Below, one piece after another: positions 27,430-36,880 of a stretch of 64,000 nucleotides of DNA. Source of the stretch: Hyphomonadaceae bacterium (lineage in GTDB: Bacteria; Pseudomonadota; Alphaproteobacteria; Caulobacterales; Aquidulcibacteraceae). The stretch lies in NCBI GenBank assembly GCA_019753105.1, contig JAIELJ010000007.1, positions 57,195-121,194 on the forward strand. The letters run 5' to 3'. The first letter of the stretch is position 1; every line of letters begins with the position of its first letter. The notes beneath the pieces were generated by a model. It had not been told where the DNA came from. It saw only the letters and a program-made list of their open reading frames with translations, and did not search any database. The position numbers and the translations under genes are program-made.

Positions 27430-29389
27430 GCGCCGCGACCAGTTTCACCACGTCGCCCATGATGCCGGTGATCTTAAAGTCCTTCGGCGTGTAGACGCCT
27501 GCGACGCCCATCTGCTTTAGAGCGAGCGCGTCGACCGGCGGAATGATACCGCCGACGATGAGCGGCACGTTGTCCATGCCTTCGGCGCGCATCAGGCGCA
27601 CGACTTCTTGCACCAGATCGAGATGCGAGCCGGAGAGAATGGAGAGGCCAACCGCGTGCGCCTTCTTCTCCTTCGCCGCAGCGACAATTTCGGCCGGCGT
27701 GGAGCGAATGCCTTCGTAGATCGCATCCATGCCGACAGCACGCGCACGCGCGGCGATTTGTTCGGCCCCGTTGGAATGGCCGTCGAGCCCTGGTTTGCCG
27801 ACGAGGAAGGTGAGCTGGCGGCCAAGTTTTTCGCTTAGCGCCGCAACGTCGCGCTTCACCGCGTCCACATCCTCGCCGCCCGTTTCGATGACGAGTGCGA
27901 CGCCCGTCGGGCCGCGATACTCGCCATAGACCTGGCGCAAGCACGCCGCCCACTCGCCAGTGGTGACGCCGGCTTTCGCGGCGGCGATGGAAGCGGGCAT
28001 GATGTTGAGATCGGCGCGCGCGTCGGCTTCGAGCGCTGCAAGTGCGGCTTCGGCGGCGCTGGCGTTGCGTTGCGCGCGCCACGCTTTCAAGCGCGCGATC
28101 TGTTCGGCTTCGACCGCAAGATCGACGGTCTGAATGTTCTTCTCACCCGCTTCGAGCGGCGAGGGCTCGCCTTCGGTGAAGGCGTTGACGCCGATGACCT
28201 TCTGGTTGCCTGCTTCGATCTGCTCGATGCGGCGGCGGTTGGACTCAACCAGTGCTGCCTTCATGTATTCGACGTTTGCAACCGCGCCGCCGGAGGCTTC
28301 AATCTTGGCAAGTTCCGCGCGCGCGCCTTCGACGAGTTGCGCGACTTTCGCTTCGATGACCTTCGAGCCGTCGAAGATGTCCTCGAACTCCAGCAGATCG
28401 GTTTCGTACGCGAGCACTTGCTGCATCCGCAGCGACCATTGCTGATCCCACGGGCGCGGCAGACCAAGCGCTTCATTCCATGCAGGAAGCTGCACCGCGC
28501 GTGCGCGGGCGCCTTTGGAGAGAGTGACGGCCAGCGTTTCCAGCAAGATGCGATAGACGTTGTTCTCGGCTTGCTGCTCAGTCAGCCCCAGTGAGTTGAC
28601 TTGGACGCCATAACGGAAGCGCCGCGCTTTCTCGTCTTCGACGCCATAGCGCTCGCGGCCGATCTCATCCCAGAGCGTCACAAACGCGCGCATTTTCGAG
28701 AGCTCGGTGATGAAGCGCATGCCTGCATTCACGAAGAACGAGATGCGGCTAAACACGTCGCCGAAACGCTCCGGCGCAATCTCGCCGCGCGCTTTCACTT
28801 CATCCAGAATGGCGATTGCCGCAGCGAGTGCGAAGGCGAGTTCCTGCTCTGGCGTGGCGCCCGCTTCCTGCAAATGATACGAGCACACGTTCATCGGATT
28901 CCATTTTGGAATCGCGTCTAGGCTCCAAGCGATCGTGTCGGCGGTGAGCTTTAAGCTCGGTGCGGGCGGGAAGATGTAGGTGCCGCGCGAGAGATACTCT
29001 TTGAGAATATCGTTCTGCGTCGTGCCGGTGAGTTTCTTGGGATCAGCACCTTGTTCTTCGGCGAGCGTGACGTAAAGCGCCAGCAGCCACGCAGCCGGCG
29101 CATTGATCGTCATCGAGGTATTCATCTGGTCGAGCGGAATGCCGTCGAACAGCGCGCGCATGTCGCCCAGATGGCCAACCGGCACGCCGACTTTGCCGAC
29201 TTCGCCGCGCGCCAAGATGTGGTCGCTATCGTACCCCGTCTGCGTCGGCAGATCGAACGCGACCGATAAGCCGGTTTGGCCCTTCGCCAGGTTGGCGCGG
29301 TAAAGCTTGTTCGACTCAGCCGGCGTCGAATGGCCCGCATAGGTGCGGAAAATCCACGGGGCGTCGGGGGCGTGTTGGAAGGGCGGCAT
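27422..29389 (-). CDS. ecm: Ethylmalonyl-CoA mutase (MeaA, B12-dependent)
   Basis: PWIFRTYAGHS (Ecm/MeaA-type), SVAFDLPTQ, KPGLDGHSNG B12-binding motif; near ccr. Confidence 0.92.
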   Translation of the reverse strand: MPPFQHAPDAPWIFRTYAGHSTPAESNKLYRANLAKGQTGLSVAFDLPTQTGYDSDHILARGEVGKVGVPVGHLGDMRALFDGIPLDQMNTSMTINAPAAWLLALYVTLAEEQGADPKKLTGTTQNDILKEYLSRGTYIFPPAPSLKLTADTIAWSLDAIPKWNPMNVCSYHLQEAGATPEQELAFALAAAIAILDEVKARGEIAPERFGDVFSRISFFVNAGMRFITELSKMRAFVTLWDEIGRERYGVEDEKARRFRYGVQVNSLGLTEQQAENNVYRILLETLAVTLSKGARARAVQLPAWNEALGLPRPWDQQWSLRMQQVLAYETDLLEFEDIFDGSKVIEAKVAQLVEGARAELAKIEASGGAVANVEYMKAALVESNRRRIEQIEAGNQKVIGVNAFTEGEPSPLEAGEKNIQTVDLAVEAEQIARLKAWRAQRNASAAEAALAALEADARADLNIMPASIAAAKAGVTTGEWAACLRQVYGEYRGPTGVALVIETGGEDVDAVKRDVAALSEKLGRQLTFLVGKPGLDGHSNGAEQIAARARAVGMDAIYEGIRSTPAEIVAAAKEKKAHAVGLSILSGSHLDLVQEVVRLMRAEGMDNVPLIVGGIIPPVDALALKQMGVAGVYTPKDFKITGIMGDVVKLVAARA

Positions 29390-29429
29390 GGTGGCAAGCA
29401 AACATGCGCCGCCCAGTCGCTGCAAGCAT

Positions 29430-29443
29430 AATGTTGCAGTGCA
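29430..29443 (-). promoter_or_regulatory. PhaR-box-like site upstream of ecm
   Basis: Minus strand reads TGCACTGCAACATT, 13/14 identical to the site upstream of ccr. Confidence 0.6.
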
Positions 29444-29449
29444 GCAGGG

Positions 29450-30142
29450 TTAATGGCCGCGATGTCGCCGCCAAAGCTCGTCGACGATGATGCGCACATC
29501 CTCGAACGCGAGCCGTGTGCCGACGAGACTGAGCGTGCGCCTGTTGGAGGGTTCTTGCTCGTGTTCCAAGTCTTCGTCCCAATCTTCGTCAGCGGGATCG
29601 CGTTCGCTGGCGGCCGCCGGTTCATGCACGGTGACAAAATCGAAAAAGCCGCGATCGCCGCCAAACGTCTCGGCGTGGATCGCGACGATCTCGCGCCACG
29701 CGAGTTTCCAACCGAACGCGCCAAACATCTCGACACCGCTTGCGTCGATGCGCGCCAGGGGCGGGGCTGTCAGTGTCCGGCCAAGCGCAAGCAAACTGCC
29801 GCCGCCGAAGAACGCCGCGCCGAAGTACGCGACATACGTCATGATCACTTCGCCTTGGGCGGCGGCGTAGGGCGCTAGAAAGAAGCAGCCTGCACCCATG
29901 CCGATCCCCGCAAGCGACAGGCCAATTGGCTCTAGCTGACGCACTACAAGGGCGCCGTCGCGATCGAGTCGCGCGCGCCGCACAGGAAGGAGCTGAACCA
30001 AACCCACCGCAGCGCACGCGCCAAAGAATGCGATGACGCCCCACGCCAAAGCGGCGTCGGCGGGATCGCCGCGCACGAGCAGGAACACGCCGAGCGCCAC
30101 GAAGGCGAGCCCGATGAGTGTGATCAGAACGGACTTCACCAT
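29450..30142 (-). CDS. Hypothetical membrane protein with an acidic patch
   Basis: Four N-terminal TM helices; DPADEDWDEDLEHEQE. Confidence 0.72.
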   Translation of the reverse strand: MVKSVLITLIGLAFVALGVFLLVRGDPADAALAWGVIAFFGACAAVGLVQLLPVRRARLDRDGALVVRQLEPIGLSLAGIGMGAGCFFLAPYAAAQGEVIMTYVAYFGAAFFGGGSLLALGRTLTAPPLARIDASGVEMFGAFGWKLAWREIVAIHAETFGGDRGFFDFVTVHEPAAASERDPADEDWDEDLEHEQEPSNRRTLSLVGTRLAFEDVRIIVDELWRRHRGH

Positions 30143-30241
30143 CTCAGCATCTCAACACTCTCGCTTGGTTGGCGCGCGGGCCCCATTGGCGCACCCCTGC
30201 GATCCACGCGGCCATTGACGAGAAGCGGATTGCTGGCATTG

Positions 30242-30255
30242 TGCATTGCAACATT
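30242..30255 (+). promoter_or_regulatory. PhaR-box-like site upstream of ccr
   Basis: TGCATTGCAACATT, downstream of a TTGACG -35-like hexamer. Confidence 0.6.
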
Positions 30256-30273
30256 TTTGTGCCGAGGCTGTCC

Positions 30274-31539
30274 ATGTCGCAACCAAACTTGAAATCCGTG
30301 AAGGACATTTACGCCATTGGCGAGATTCCGCCGCAGTTTCACGTCCCGGAAAAGATGTGGGCGTGGGCTATTCGCAAGGAGCGGCACGGCCGCCCGGCGA
30401 CGGCGATGCAGCTGGAGCAAGTTCCGGTGCCTGCAATCGGCGAGGACGAAGTTCTCGTGCTCGTGATGGCGGCGGGCGTAAACTATAACGGCGTCTGGGC
30501 CGCACTCGGCCAGCCGCTCAGCCCGCTCGACGGGCACAAGCAGCCTTACCACATCGCCGGCTCCGATGCGTCGGGCGTGGTGTGGGCCGTCGGCGCCAAA
30601 GTGAAGCGCTGGAAGCCGGGCGACGAGGTCGTCATCCACTGCAACCAAGACGACGGCGACGACGAAGAGTGCAACGGCGGCGATCCGATGTTCTCGACCA
30701 GCCAGCGCATCTGGGGTTACGAAACCTCCGACGGCTCGTTCGCGCAATTCTGCAAAGTGCAAGCGCGCCAACTGATGACGCGTCCGCAGCACCTCACGTG
30801 GGAAGAGGCGGCTTGCTACACGCTCACACTGGCGACGGCGTATCGGATGCTGTTCGGCTGGCGTCCGAACGTGCTGCGGCCTGGCCAGAACGTGCTTGTA
30901 TGGGGCGCCTCGGGCGGCCTTGGCGTGTTCGCGGTGCAGCTCTGCGCGGTGAGCGGCGCGCACGCGATCGGCGTTGTCTCCAGCGAAGACAAGAAAGACT
31001 ACGTGCTCTCAATGGGCGCGAAAGCTGTGCTCAATCGCAATGACTTCAATTGTTGGGGCCAATTGCCGAAAGTGAACGGCGAAGGCTTCGCGGAATACAT
31101 GAAAGAAGTCGGCAAGTTCGGCAAAGCCGTGCGCGCCATCACCGGTGGCAAGGATCCGGACATCGTCTTCGAACACCCGGGTGAAGCGACATTCCCGGTC
31201 TCCGTTCGCGTCGTGAAGCGCGGCGGCATGGTCGTCATTTGCGCAGGCACGACCGGCTACAATCTCACCATGGACGCGCGTTATCTCTGGATGCACCAAA
31301 AGCGTGTGCAGGGTTCACACTTCGCCCACCTCTATCACGCAAGCCAAGCCAACCAGCTCGTCATCGATCGCCGCATCGACCCGGCCATGGGCGAAGTGTT
31401 CCCTTGGGACAAAATCCCCGACGCGCACGAGAAGATGCTCGATAACAAACACACGCCGGGGAACATGGCCGTGCTGGTCAACGCGCAGCGCGGCGGGCTT
31501 CGGACTTGGGAAGATGTGCTGGAGTTGAGTGGCGGTTGA
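30274..31539 (+). CDS. ccr: Crotonyl-CoA carboxylase/reductase
   Basis: MAAGVNYNGVW, HIAGSD, QRIWGYET, VFEHPG, WMHQKRVQGSH. Confidence 0.95.
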   Translation: MSQPNLKSVKDIYAIGEIPPQFHVPEKMWAWAIRKERHGRPATAMQLEQVPVPAIGEDEVLVLVMAAGVNYNGVWAALGQPLSPLDGHKQPYHIAGSDASGVVWAVGAKVKRWKPGDEVVIHCNQDDGDDEECNGGDPMFSTSQRIWGYETSDGSFAQFCKVQARQLMTRPQHLTWEEAACYTLTLATAYRMLFGWRPNVLRPGQNVLVWGASGGLGVFAVQLCAVSGAHAIGVVSSEDKKDYVLSMGAKAVLNRNDFNCWGQLPKVNGEGFAEYMKEVGKFGKAVRAITGGKDPDIVFEHPGEATFPVSVRVVKRGGMVVICAGTTGYNLTMDARYLWMHQKRVQGSHFAHLYHASQANQLVIDRRIDPAMGEVFPWDKIPDAHEKMLDNKHTPGNMAVLVNAQRGGLRTWEDVLELSGG

Positions 31540-31594
31540 TCCTGCTCAACGCAACGCGACATTGGTGGGCGCAGCTTCTGCGCGGAGGCTCGCC

Positions 31595-32044
31595 ATGTTC
31601 AGCACCGCCCAGCGCCAGCAAATCGCCACTGTCTTAAGCATCGCCGCAGATTGCACCATCGCAACTGTCCGCCCCGATGGCTGGCCGCACGCCACTACGG
31701 TGAGTTTTATTGCTGATGGCCTCAGCATTTACTTCGGCACTTGGAGCAAGTCGCAGAAGGCTCAGAACATTGCCGCCGATGCGCGTGTCTCAGTGACCGT
31801 GAATGCGCCCTACACGGACTGGAACGCGATCCAGAGCGTGTCGATTGCCGCGCACGCCAAGCGGGTTACAGACGCCGCCGAGCTTGAGCGCGTCTTCGCT
31901 TTGATGGTCGGCAAGTTTCCCCAGGTGGGGCAGTTTGTGAACGCCGGCGACGCCGAGATGGCGATCTTTCGGATCGATCCCGAGATCGTCTCGATCCTCG
32001 ATTACCGAAAAGGCTTCGGCCACACCGAACTCGCTGCAGCGTAA
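31595..32044 (+). CDS. Pyridoxamine 5'-phosphate oxidase-like protein
   Basis: IATVRPDGWPH, KAQNI..DARVS; GGAGG SD. Confidence 0.87.
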   Translation: MFSTAQRQQIATVLSIAADCTIATVRPDGWPHATTVSFIADGLSIYFGTWSKSQKAQNIAADARVSVTVNAPYTDWNAIQSVSIAAHAKRVTDAAELERVFALMVGKFPQVGQFVNAGDAEMAIFRIDPEIVSILDYRKGFGHTELAAA

Positions 32045-32128
32045 AGCCTGCGTCAGCGGAATTGACCTCCGCCCCGCCAGGGCCCCTAATCCCTATAGGC
32101 GCGCGGGGAACGCGCCGGGGGAGATGGG

Positions 32129-33607
32129 ATGGTTCGGCTTATTTTGGCGGCCTTGGCGCTGGTGCTTGCGGCGGGCGCTGCGTTTATCGGCTATCGCACC
32201 TTCAGCTTCACCGCGCCGCCGCCGCCTGCGGCGGTCGAAATACCCGACACGAGCACCTATCAGATCGACGCCAGCGCCGCCGCGATGCGGCTCGCCGAAG
32301 CGATCCGCTTCCGCACGGTCTCGCTGATCGAAGAAACCGAAGATCGCGCGCAGTTCGTGCAATTCCATACCTGGTTGCAGCAGCGTTATCCGGCGTTCCA
32401 CGCCGCCGCGCGCCGCGAAATGGTGGGCGAGCTTTCGTTGCTCTACACCTGGGAAGGCAGCGATCCCGGCCAGCCGCCGATCATCCTGCTCGCACACCAG
32501 GACGTCGTGCCGGTGCCGAATGACACTCGGCAAAATTGGCAAGTCGATCCGTTCGGCGGAATCATCCGCGACGACGCGATCTGGGGCCGCGGCGCCATCG
32601 ATGACAAAGGCTCGCTTGTAGCGCTCATGGAAGCGGCGGAATATTTCGCTGCACAAGGCCGCCAACCCACGCGCACCATCATCTTCGCCTTCGGCCATGA
32701 CGAAGAACTTGGCGGCGATAACGGCGCTGTCGTCATGGCACGCATGCTGGCGGAGCGGAACGTGCGCGCCTGGTTCGTGCTCGATGAAGGCATGGCCGCA
32801 CTTGATCGCCACCCGCTGACGGGCGGGCCTGCCGCGATGATCGGCGTTTCGGAGCGCGGCTCGGGCACGATGCGCGTTCGCGCTGTCGGCCAGCCGGGGC
32901 ACTCATCGATGCCGCCCAGCGAAACTGCGGTGTCGCTCGTCGCCGAGGCTGTGGATCGCATTCATTCCATGCCGATCGAGCAGGGCCTCGAAGGCGGCCC
33001 GGCGCTTGGCATGATGCGCGCGCTTGCGCCTGAGCTTTCGCTCACCAACCGCATGGCGGTGTCGAACGAGTGGCTGTTCGGCCCGATGCTGCGTCAGCGC
33101 ATGGAGGGCAATCCCGCCGCGCGGGCGCTGCTCGGCACGACAGTGGCGCCGACCATGATCGAAGGCGGCTCACGGCCCAACGTGTTGCCGGGCGAAGCCA
33201 GCGCCATGATCAATTTCCGCATCCACCCACGCGATACGGCGGCTGATCTTTTGCGCAGCGCGCGCCAAGAGGTGGCCGATCTCGAAGGCGTGACGGTCGA
33301 GTGGGCCGAAGAGCCGCGCGAAGCCAGCCCGATTTCGAGCTCTGAAGCCTCCAGCTATGCCCTGATCGCGGCCCTTTCCGGCGCGATCCTGCCGGACGCG
33401 CCTGTCGCGCCGGGCCTCGTGCTCGCGGGCACGGATTCGCGCCATTACGCGGGCGTTGCGGAGAACGTCTATCGCTTCCAGCCGATCCTGCTGACCGCGG
33501 AAGACCTCGAAATGCCGCACGGGCTCAATGAGCGGCTGTCCGTCGCCAACTTTGAGCGTATGATCCGCTTCTACATTGGCCTCATGGACGCGGGAGCGAT
33601 GCAATGA
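32129..33607 (+). CDS. M20 family metallopeptidase/amidohydrolase (PM20D1/CPS1-like)
   Basis: AHQDVVP, WGRGAIDDKG, GHDEE, DEG, GHSSMPP, GTDSRH, HGLNE; N-terminal TM. Confidence 0.92.
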   Translation: MVRLILAALALVLAAGAAFIGYRTFSFTAPPPPAAVEIPDTSTYQIDASAAAMRLAEAIRFRTVSLIEETEDRAQFVQFHTWLQQRYPAFHAAARREMVGELSLLYTWEGSDPGQPPIILLAHQDVVPVPNDTRQNWQVDPFGGIIRDDAIWGRGAIDDKGSLVALMEAAEYFAAQGRQPTRTIIFAFGHDEELGGDNGAVVMARMLAERNVRAWFVLDEGMAALDRHPLTGGPAAMIGVSERGSGTMRVRAVGQPGHSSMPPSETAVSLVAEAVDRIHSMPIEQGLEGGPALGMMRALAPELSLTNRMAVSNEWLFGPMLRQRMEGNPAARALLGTTVAPTMIEGGSRPNVLPGEASAMINFRIHPRDTAADLLRSARQEVADLEGVTVEWAEEPREASPISSSEASSYALIAALSGAILPDAPVAPGLVLAGTDSRHYAGVAENVYRFQPILLTAEDLEMPHGLNERLSVANFERMIRFYIGLMDAGAMQ

Positions 33608-34059
33608 TGAAGCGGATGCTGGTCGCCGTTTTGGCGTTGGGTTTGGCGGCTGCGTGCACGCCTGAGGCGGATGATGCGGAGGAGGCGCCTGTGTCGCAAA
33701 GCGTAGCGGCGCCGACGCCGGACGATGTCGTTGTGCGCATCAATGCCGAGCAGAATGGGCAGACGGTGAATGTCGCCGTCAATCAGCGCTTCGCCATCGA
33801 ACTCGTCGGCGTGCCGACCGCTGGTTACGTCTGGACGCCCGCTCAACTGCCGGCGTTCGTTACGCGCGCCGGTGAGGCGCAGGGCAACACTGTCCCTGAG
33901 CAATCGCAGCCCGGCTATACAGGCGGCAATCACTGGGAAGTGTTGATGTTCTCCGCGACTGCGGCGGGCACGGGCGAGATCGTCATCGAGCAGCGCCGTC
34001 CGTGGGAAACCAACGAGCCGGCCAGCGATACTTTCCGCGTGACCATCGTGGCGCAATAA
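33604..34059 (+). CDS. Chagasin-like (I42) protease inhibitor lipoprotein
   Basis: Lipobox AAAC; PTAGYVW and RRPWE chagasin loops. Confidence 0.85.
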   Translation: MMKRMLVAVLALGLAAACTPEADDAEEAPVSQSVAAPTPDDVVVRINAEQNGQTVNVAVNQRFAIELVGVPTAGYVWTPAQLPAFVTRAGEAQGNTVPEQSQPGYTGGNHWEVLMFSATAAGTGEIVIEQRRPWETNEPASDTFRVTIVAQ

Positions 34060-34068
34060 GCCGCCAGC

Positions 34069-34296
34069 GTGCTCTTCATTGCCCAGACGATCCTCTACAT
34101 GGCGGCGGTCGCCGGCATCGTCGCCGGCTCGCTGGGCGTGATCTTCTTCGCCGGCGGCGCGATGAACCGCGCGCGACCGCCCGAGATGCGCCAGCGTCGC
34201 TGGCTGTTTGCAGCGCTTTGTCTGGGTGGGATCGTCGCATCGGCGACGGCAGGGTTTGTCGGCATCCCCACGATCCTTTATCTCGCTCAACAATGA
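34069..34296 (+). CDS. Small two-TM hypothetical protein
   Basis: 75 aa; ATGA overlap with the Rieske gene. Confidence 0.7.
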   Translation: MLFIAQTILYMAAVAGIVAGSLGVIFFAGGAMNRARPPEMRQRRWLFAALCLGGIVASATAGFVGIPTILYLAQQ

Positions 34297-35351
34297 GTGA
34301 GCTTCTCAGGGACCTTTGGTATTTCGCGGCGACGTCGCGCGAGTTGAAGCGCGGGGCCATGTTCCGGCGCGAGATCATGGGTGAGCCGGTCGTGCTTGGC
34401 CGCGACGCCAATGGCGCCGCGTTTGCGCTTCGCGATATCTGCCCGCACCGCGCCGTGCCGCTCTCGGCAGGCCGGGTCACCGAGACGAACGGCGCCCAGA
34501 CGGTCGAGTGCCCGTATCACGGCTGGCGCTTCGGAACGCAGGACGGAATCTGCAAACAGATCCCGTCTTTGGTCGATGGCCAGCCGTACGAAGCCAGTCG
34601 CATCCGCGTGCGCCGGTTTCCGACGCATGAGTCTAACGGCGTTGTGCTCTTGTTTGTTGCGAGCGATCCGCGCGCAATTGAGGAACCGCCACCACCGCCA
34701 GAATTTGGTTTGGCCGAACTCACTCAGCCGAAGTTTGTGATCGAACGCACCTTCGCGGCCAACATGGACAACGCCGTCGTCGGCCTCATGGACCCAGCGC
34801 ACGTGCCGTATGTGCATAATCAATGGTGGTGGCGCCCGCCGAGCACCGGCAAAAAGCTCAAGCAAAAGCGCTTCATCCCACGCGAACGTGGTTGGGCGAT
34901 TGAGCGGCATCAGCCGGCATCGAACTCGCTGGCCTATAAGTGGCTCTTCGGCGGCGACGTGACGACGGAAATCTCGTTCATGCTGCCTGGCTTCCGGTGG
35001 GAGGTGGTGGAAACGCCGAAGGCGCGGCTTTTCACGCTGACCTTCCTCACGCCGGAAAACGAAAACTCTACGCGCATCACGCAGGTCACGTACTGGCGCG
35101 ATGCGCTGCTGCTCGACGTGCTAAAGCCGATCCTGATCCCCGCTGGCCGCGAGTTTCTGGATCAAGACGGCCGCATGGTCGATCTGCAGAACACCGGTCT
35201 CGCATACGCACCGTCCATGCTCTGGATCGACGATATCGACGTGCAGGCGAAATGGTATCTGAAGCTCAAGCGCGAGTGGGTTAAGAGCCGCGAAGAAAAG
35301 CGCGACTTCGTAAACCCGATCGAGCCGACGACGCTGAAGTGGATGAGCTAG
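34293..35351 (+). CDS. Rieske non-heme iron oxygenase alpha subunit (VanA-like)
   Basis: CPHR and CPYHGW Rieske ligands; MDPAHVPYVH and QD mononuclear Fe ligands. Confidence 0.9.
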   Translation: MSELLRDLWYFAATSRELKRGAMFRREIMGEPVVLGRDANGAAFALRDICPHRAVPLSAGRVTETNGAQTVECPYHGWRFGTQDGICKQIPSLVDGQPYEASRIRVRRFPTHESNGVVLLFVASDPRAIEEPPPPPEFGLAELTQPKFVIERTFAANMDNAVVGLMDPAHVPYVHNQWWWRPPSTGKKLKQKRFIPRERGWAIERHQPASNSLAYKWLFGGDVTTEISFMLPGFRWEVVETPKARLFTLTFLTPENENSTRITQVTYWRDALLLDVLKPILIPAGREFLDQDGRMVDLQNTGLAYAPSMLWIDDIDVQAKWYLKLKREWVKSREEKRDFVNPIEPTTLKWMS

Positions 35352-36352
35352 GGCGTGTAGGGCCCGACACCTTCGGCGACCACGATCATGCCAACCGGCA
35401 GTCCGCCACCGTCGAGTGACGCCGCAAGGCTGTTGACGGACTCGCGTGTGAAATTGCCGGAAATCTGGCCGCTGCCGCCGCAGATCGGTTCATTGATCCG
35501 CGGCGCCGTCATGACTTGGTTGTCGACCAGGATGGCGAAGCGCTCGTTGATGTGTTGGCGCGTGATAGCGCAGAACTGCTCTCGGCCTTCGTCATCGAGT
35601 TGGAACGCCAAGACGAGTTCGCCGGTGTATTGGTCGGTCTCGGCGCGAACGCTTCTAACCCGCGCGTCGTTTATGCTTGGCCGCGTAGCGACGACTTCGG
35701 CGCTATAGCCGACGCCTGGATACGGCTGAACCACCATGGCGTCTCGGGGAACGCGTCCGACTGCGACTTCCGCGGGATCGAGTTCATGCACCAGATGGAA
35801 AGTGAGTTGCGCGGTCGTCGTAAGCGCCGCGCGCGCGCCTGCGGGAAATGCAGGCCCGGCGCTGCGCGCGATGATCTGGTCGGAGCCGAGCGGCGCAATG
35901 GAGAGCCGGTGCTCGGCCGTGCGCCGCTGCAATGCCGTGATGCTTTCGGTCACGAGAGACCCCGTGCCCGCGTCGAGCGCGGCCGGCGTGAGCCGCGCTT
36001 CGATGAGACCCGTTTCGTCATCCGTCAGTACCAGCGTTGTCGCGAGCGGCTGCAGCGCTTCGCGTGCGCGCGGCAGGTCCGCCGGATCGACAAGCCGGAT
36101 GCGCGCCGCGTCACCAAGGACACCGCGGCCCGCATAGCGAATGGATGGGCTCGCATCACGCAGCGCTGACGCCATGTTCTCCGACGCGCGTTCGAGCTGG
36201 TCGCGAACAACGGCGCTGGTATCGAGTTCGAGCACCAGATACGCGCCGCTGTCATCGATCGGAGCAGCTGCGCCGCGCGCGGCTTCCATGAACCGGTCAC
36301 ACGCGGCGAGCGTGGCTGTCATTAGAAGAACGAAAGCGACACGCCGCAACAT
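35348..36352 (-). CDS. Stand-alone SecD P1 (base plus head) domain lipoprotein
   Basis: Lipobox LAAC; AYLVLELD, TAQLTFHLV, FAILVDNQVMTAPRINEPICGGSGQISGNF, GGLP; ends at VGP with no following TM bundle. Confidence 0.8.
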   Translation of the reverse strand: MLRRVAFVLLMTATLAACDRFMEAARGAAAPIDDSGAYLVLELDTSAVVRDQLERASENMASALRDASPSIRYAGRGVLGDAARIRLVDPADLPRAREALQPLATTLVLTDDETGLIEARLTPAALDAGTGSLVTESITALQRRTAEHRLSIAPLGSDQIIARSAGPAFPAGARAALTTTAQLTFHLVHELDPAEVAVGRVPRDAMVVQPYPGVGYSAEVVATRPSINDARVRSVRAETDQYTGELVLAFQLDDEGREQFCAITRQHINERFAILVDNQVMTAPRINEPICGGSGQISGNFTRESVNSLAASLDGGGLPVGMIVVAEGVGPYTP

Positions 36353-36385
36353 GTGTGATCCCCGCTCAGAAACGCAGGCGTCAGC

Positions 36386-36817
36386 CTAATTGGCCGTCAG
36401 CACGACGTCGATACGAACGGTTCGCGGCTCGTTGCCTTCGCCCGGCATATCTTCTTCCAGCACGAGCGTTGCCGGCGTGTCTTGCGTGACAGAGAAGGTC
36501 AGCGCCGCATCGAACTGCTTGTCACCCGGATCGGTCCAGCTGACGCGCGGCGTGGCCGGTCCCTCGGCGAGCGTTACGCCTTGGGCGTCCACCAAGCGCA
36601 CTGGGAACTGGTTCTCGAAAAACCAATTGCCCGGCGCTGTGCCGGTGATCGTGAGCGGGCTCGTCACCCGCGCGCCTGCCGTCGGCGTATCCACAATGGC
36701 GAGGTCGCCGATGCTTTCGGCGGCGGCAGGCGCATCGGGCTCAGGCGCGCTCGGCGGGGTGCAGGCAGCGAGAGCAGCGATCAGCGCCAGTGCGCAAAGT
36801 TTGCGAAGCATAGTCAT
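36386..36817 (-). CDS. Gmad2-like Ig-domain lipoprotein
   Basis: Lipobox LAAC; IVDTP..GARVTSPLTITGTAPGNWFFE.QFPVRLVD. Confidence 0.78.
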   Translation of the reverse strand: MTMLRKLCALALIAALAACTPPSAPEPDAPAAAESIGDLAIVDTPTAGARVTSPLTITGTAPGNWFFENQFPVRLVDAQGVTLAEGPATPRVSWTDPGDKQFDAALTFSVTQDTPATLVLEEDMPGEGNEPRTVRIDVVLTAN

Positions 36818-36880
36818 TCTCCTTGATTTCGATTGTTCGCACGGCGCGTGGCGGCGACAAGACACTTTGGAGATTGGCTT

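Noticed and set aside
29390-29449. Cobalamin riboswitch upstream of ecm
   Set aside because: The region is too short and has no B12 box.
35348-36352. secD pseudogene
   Set aside because: Clean lipobox, intact frame and no downstream TM remnant; treated as a stand-alone domain instead.
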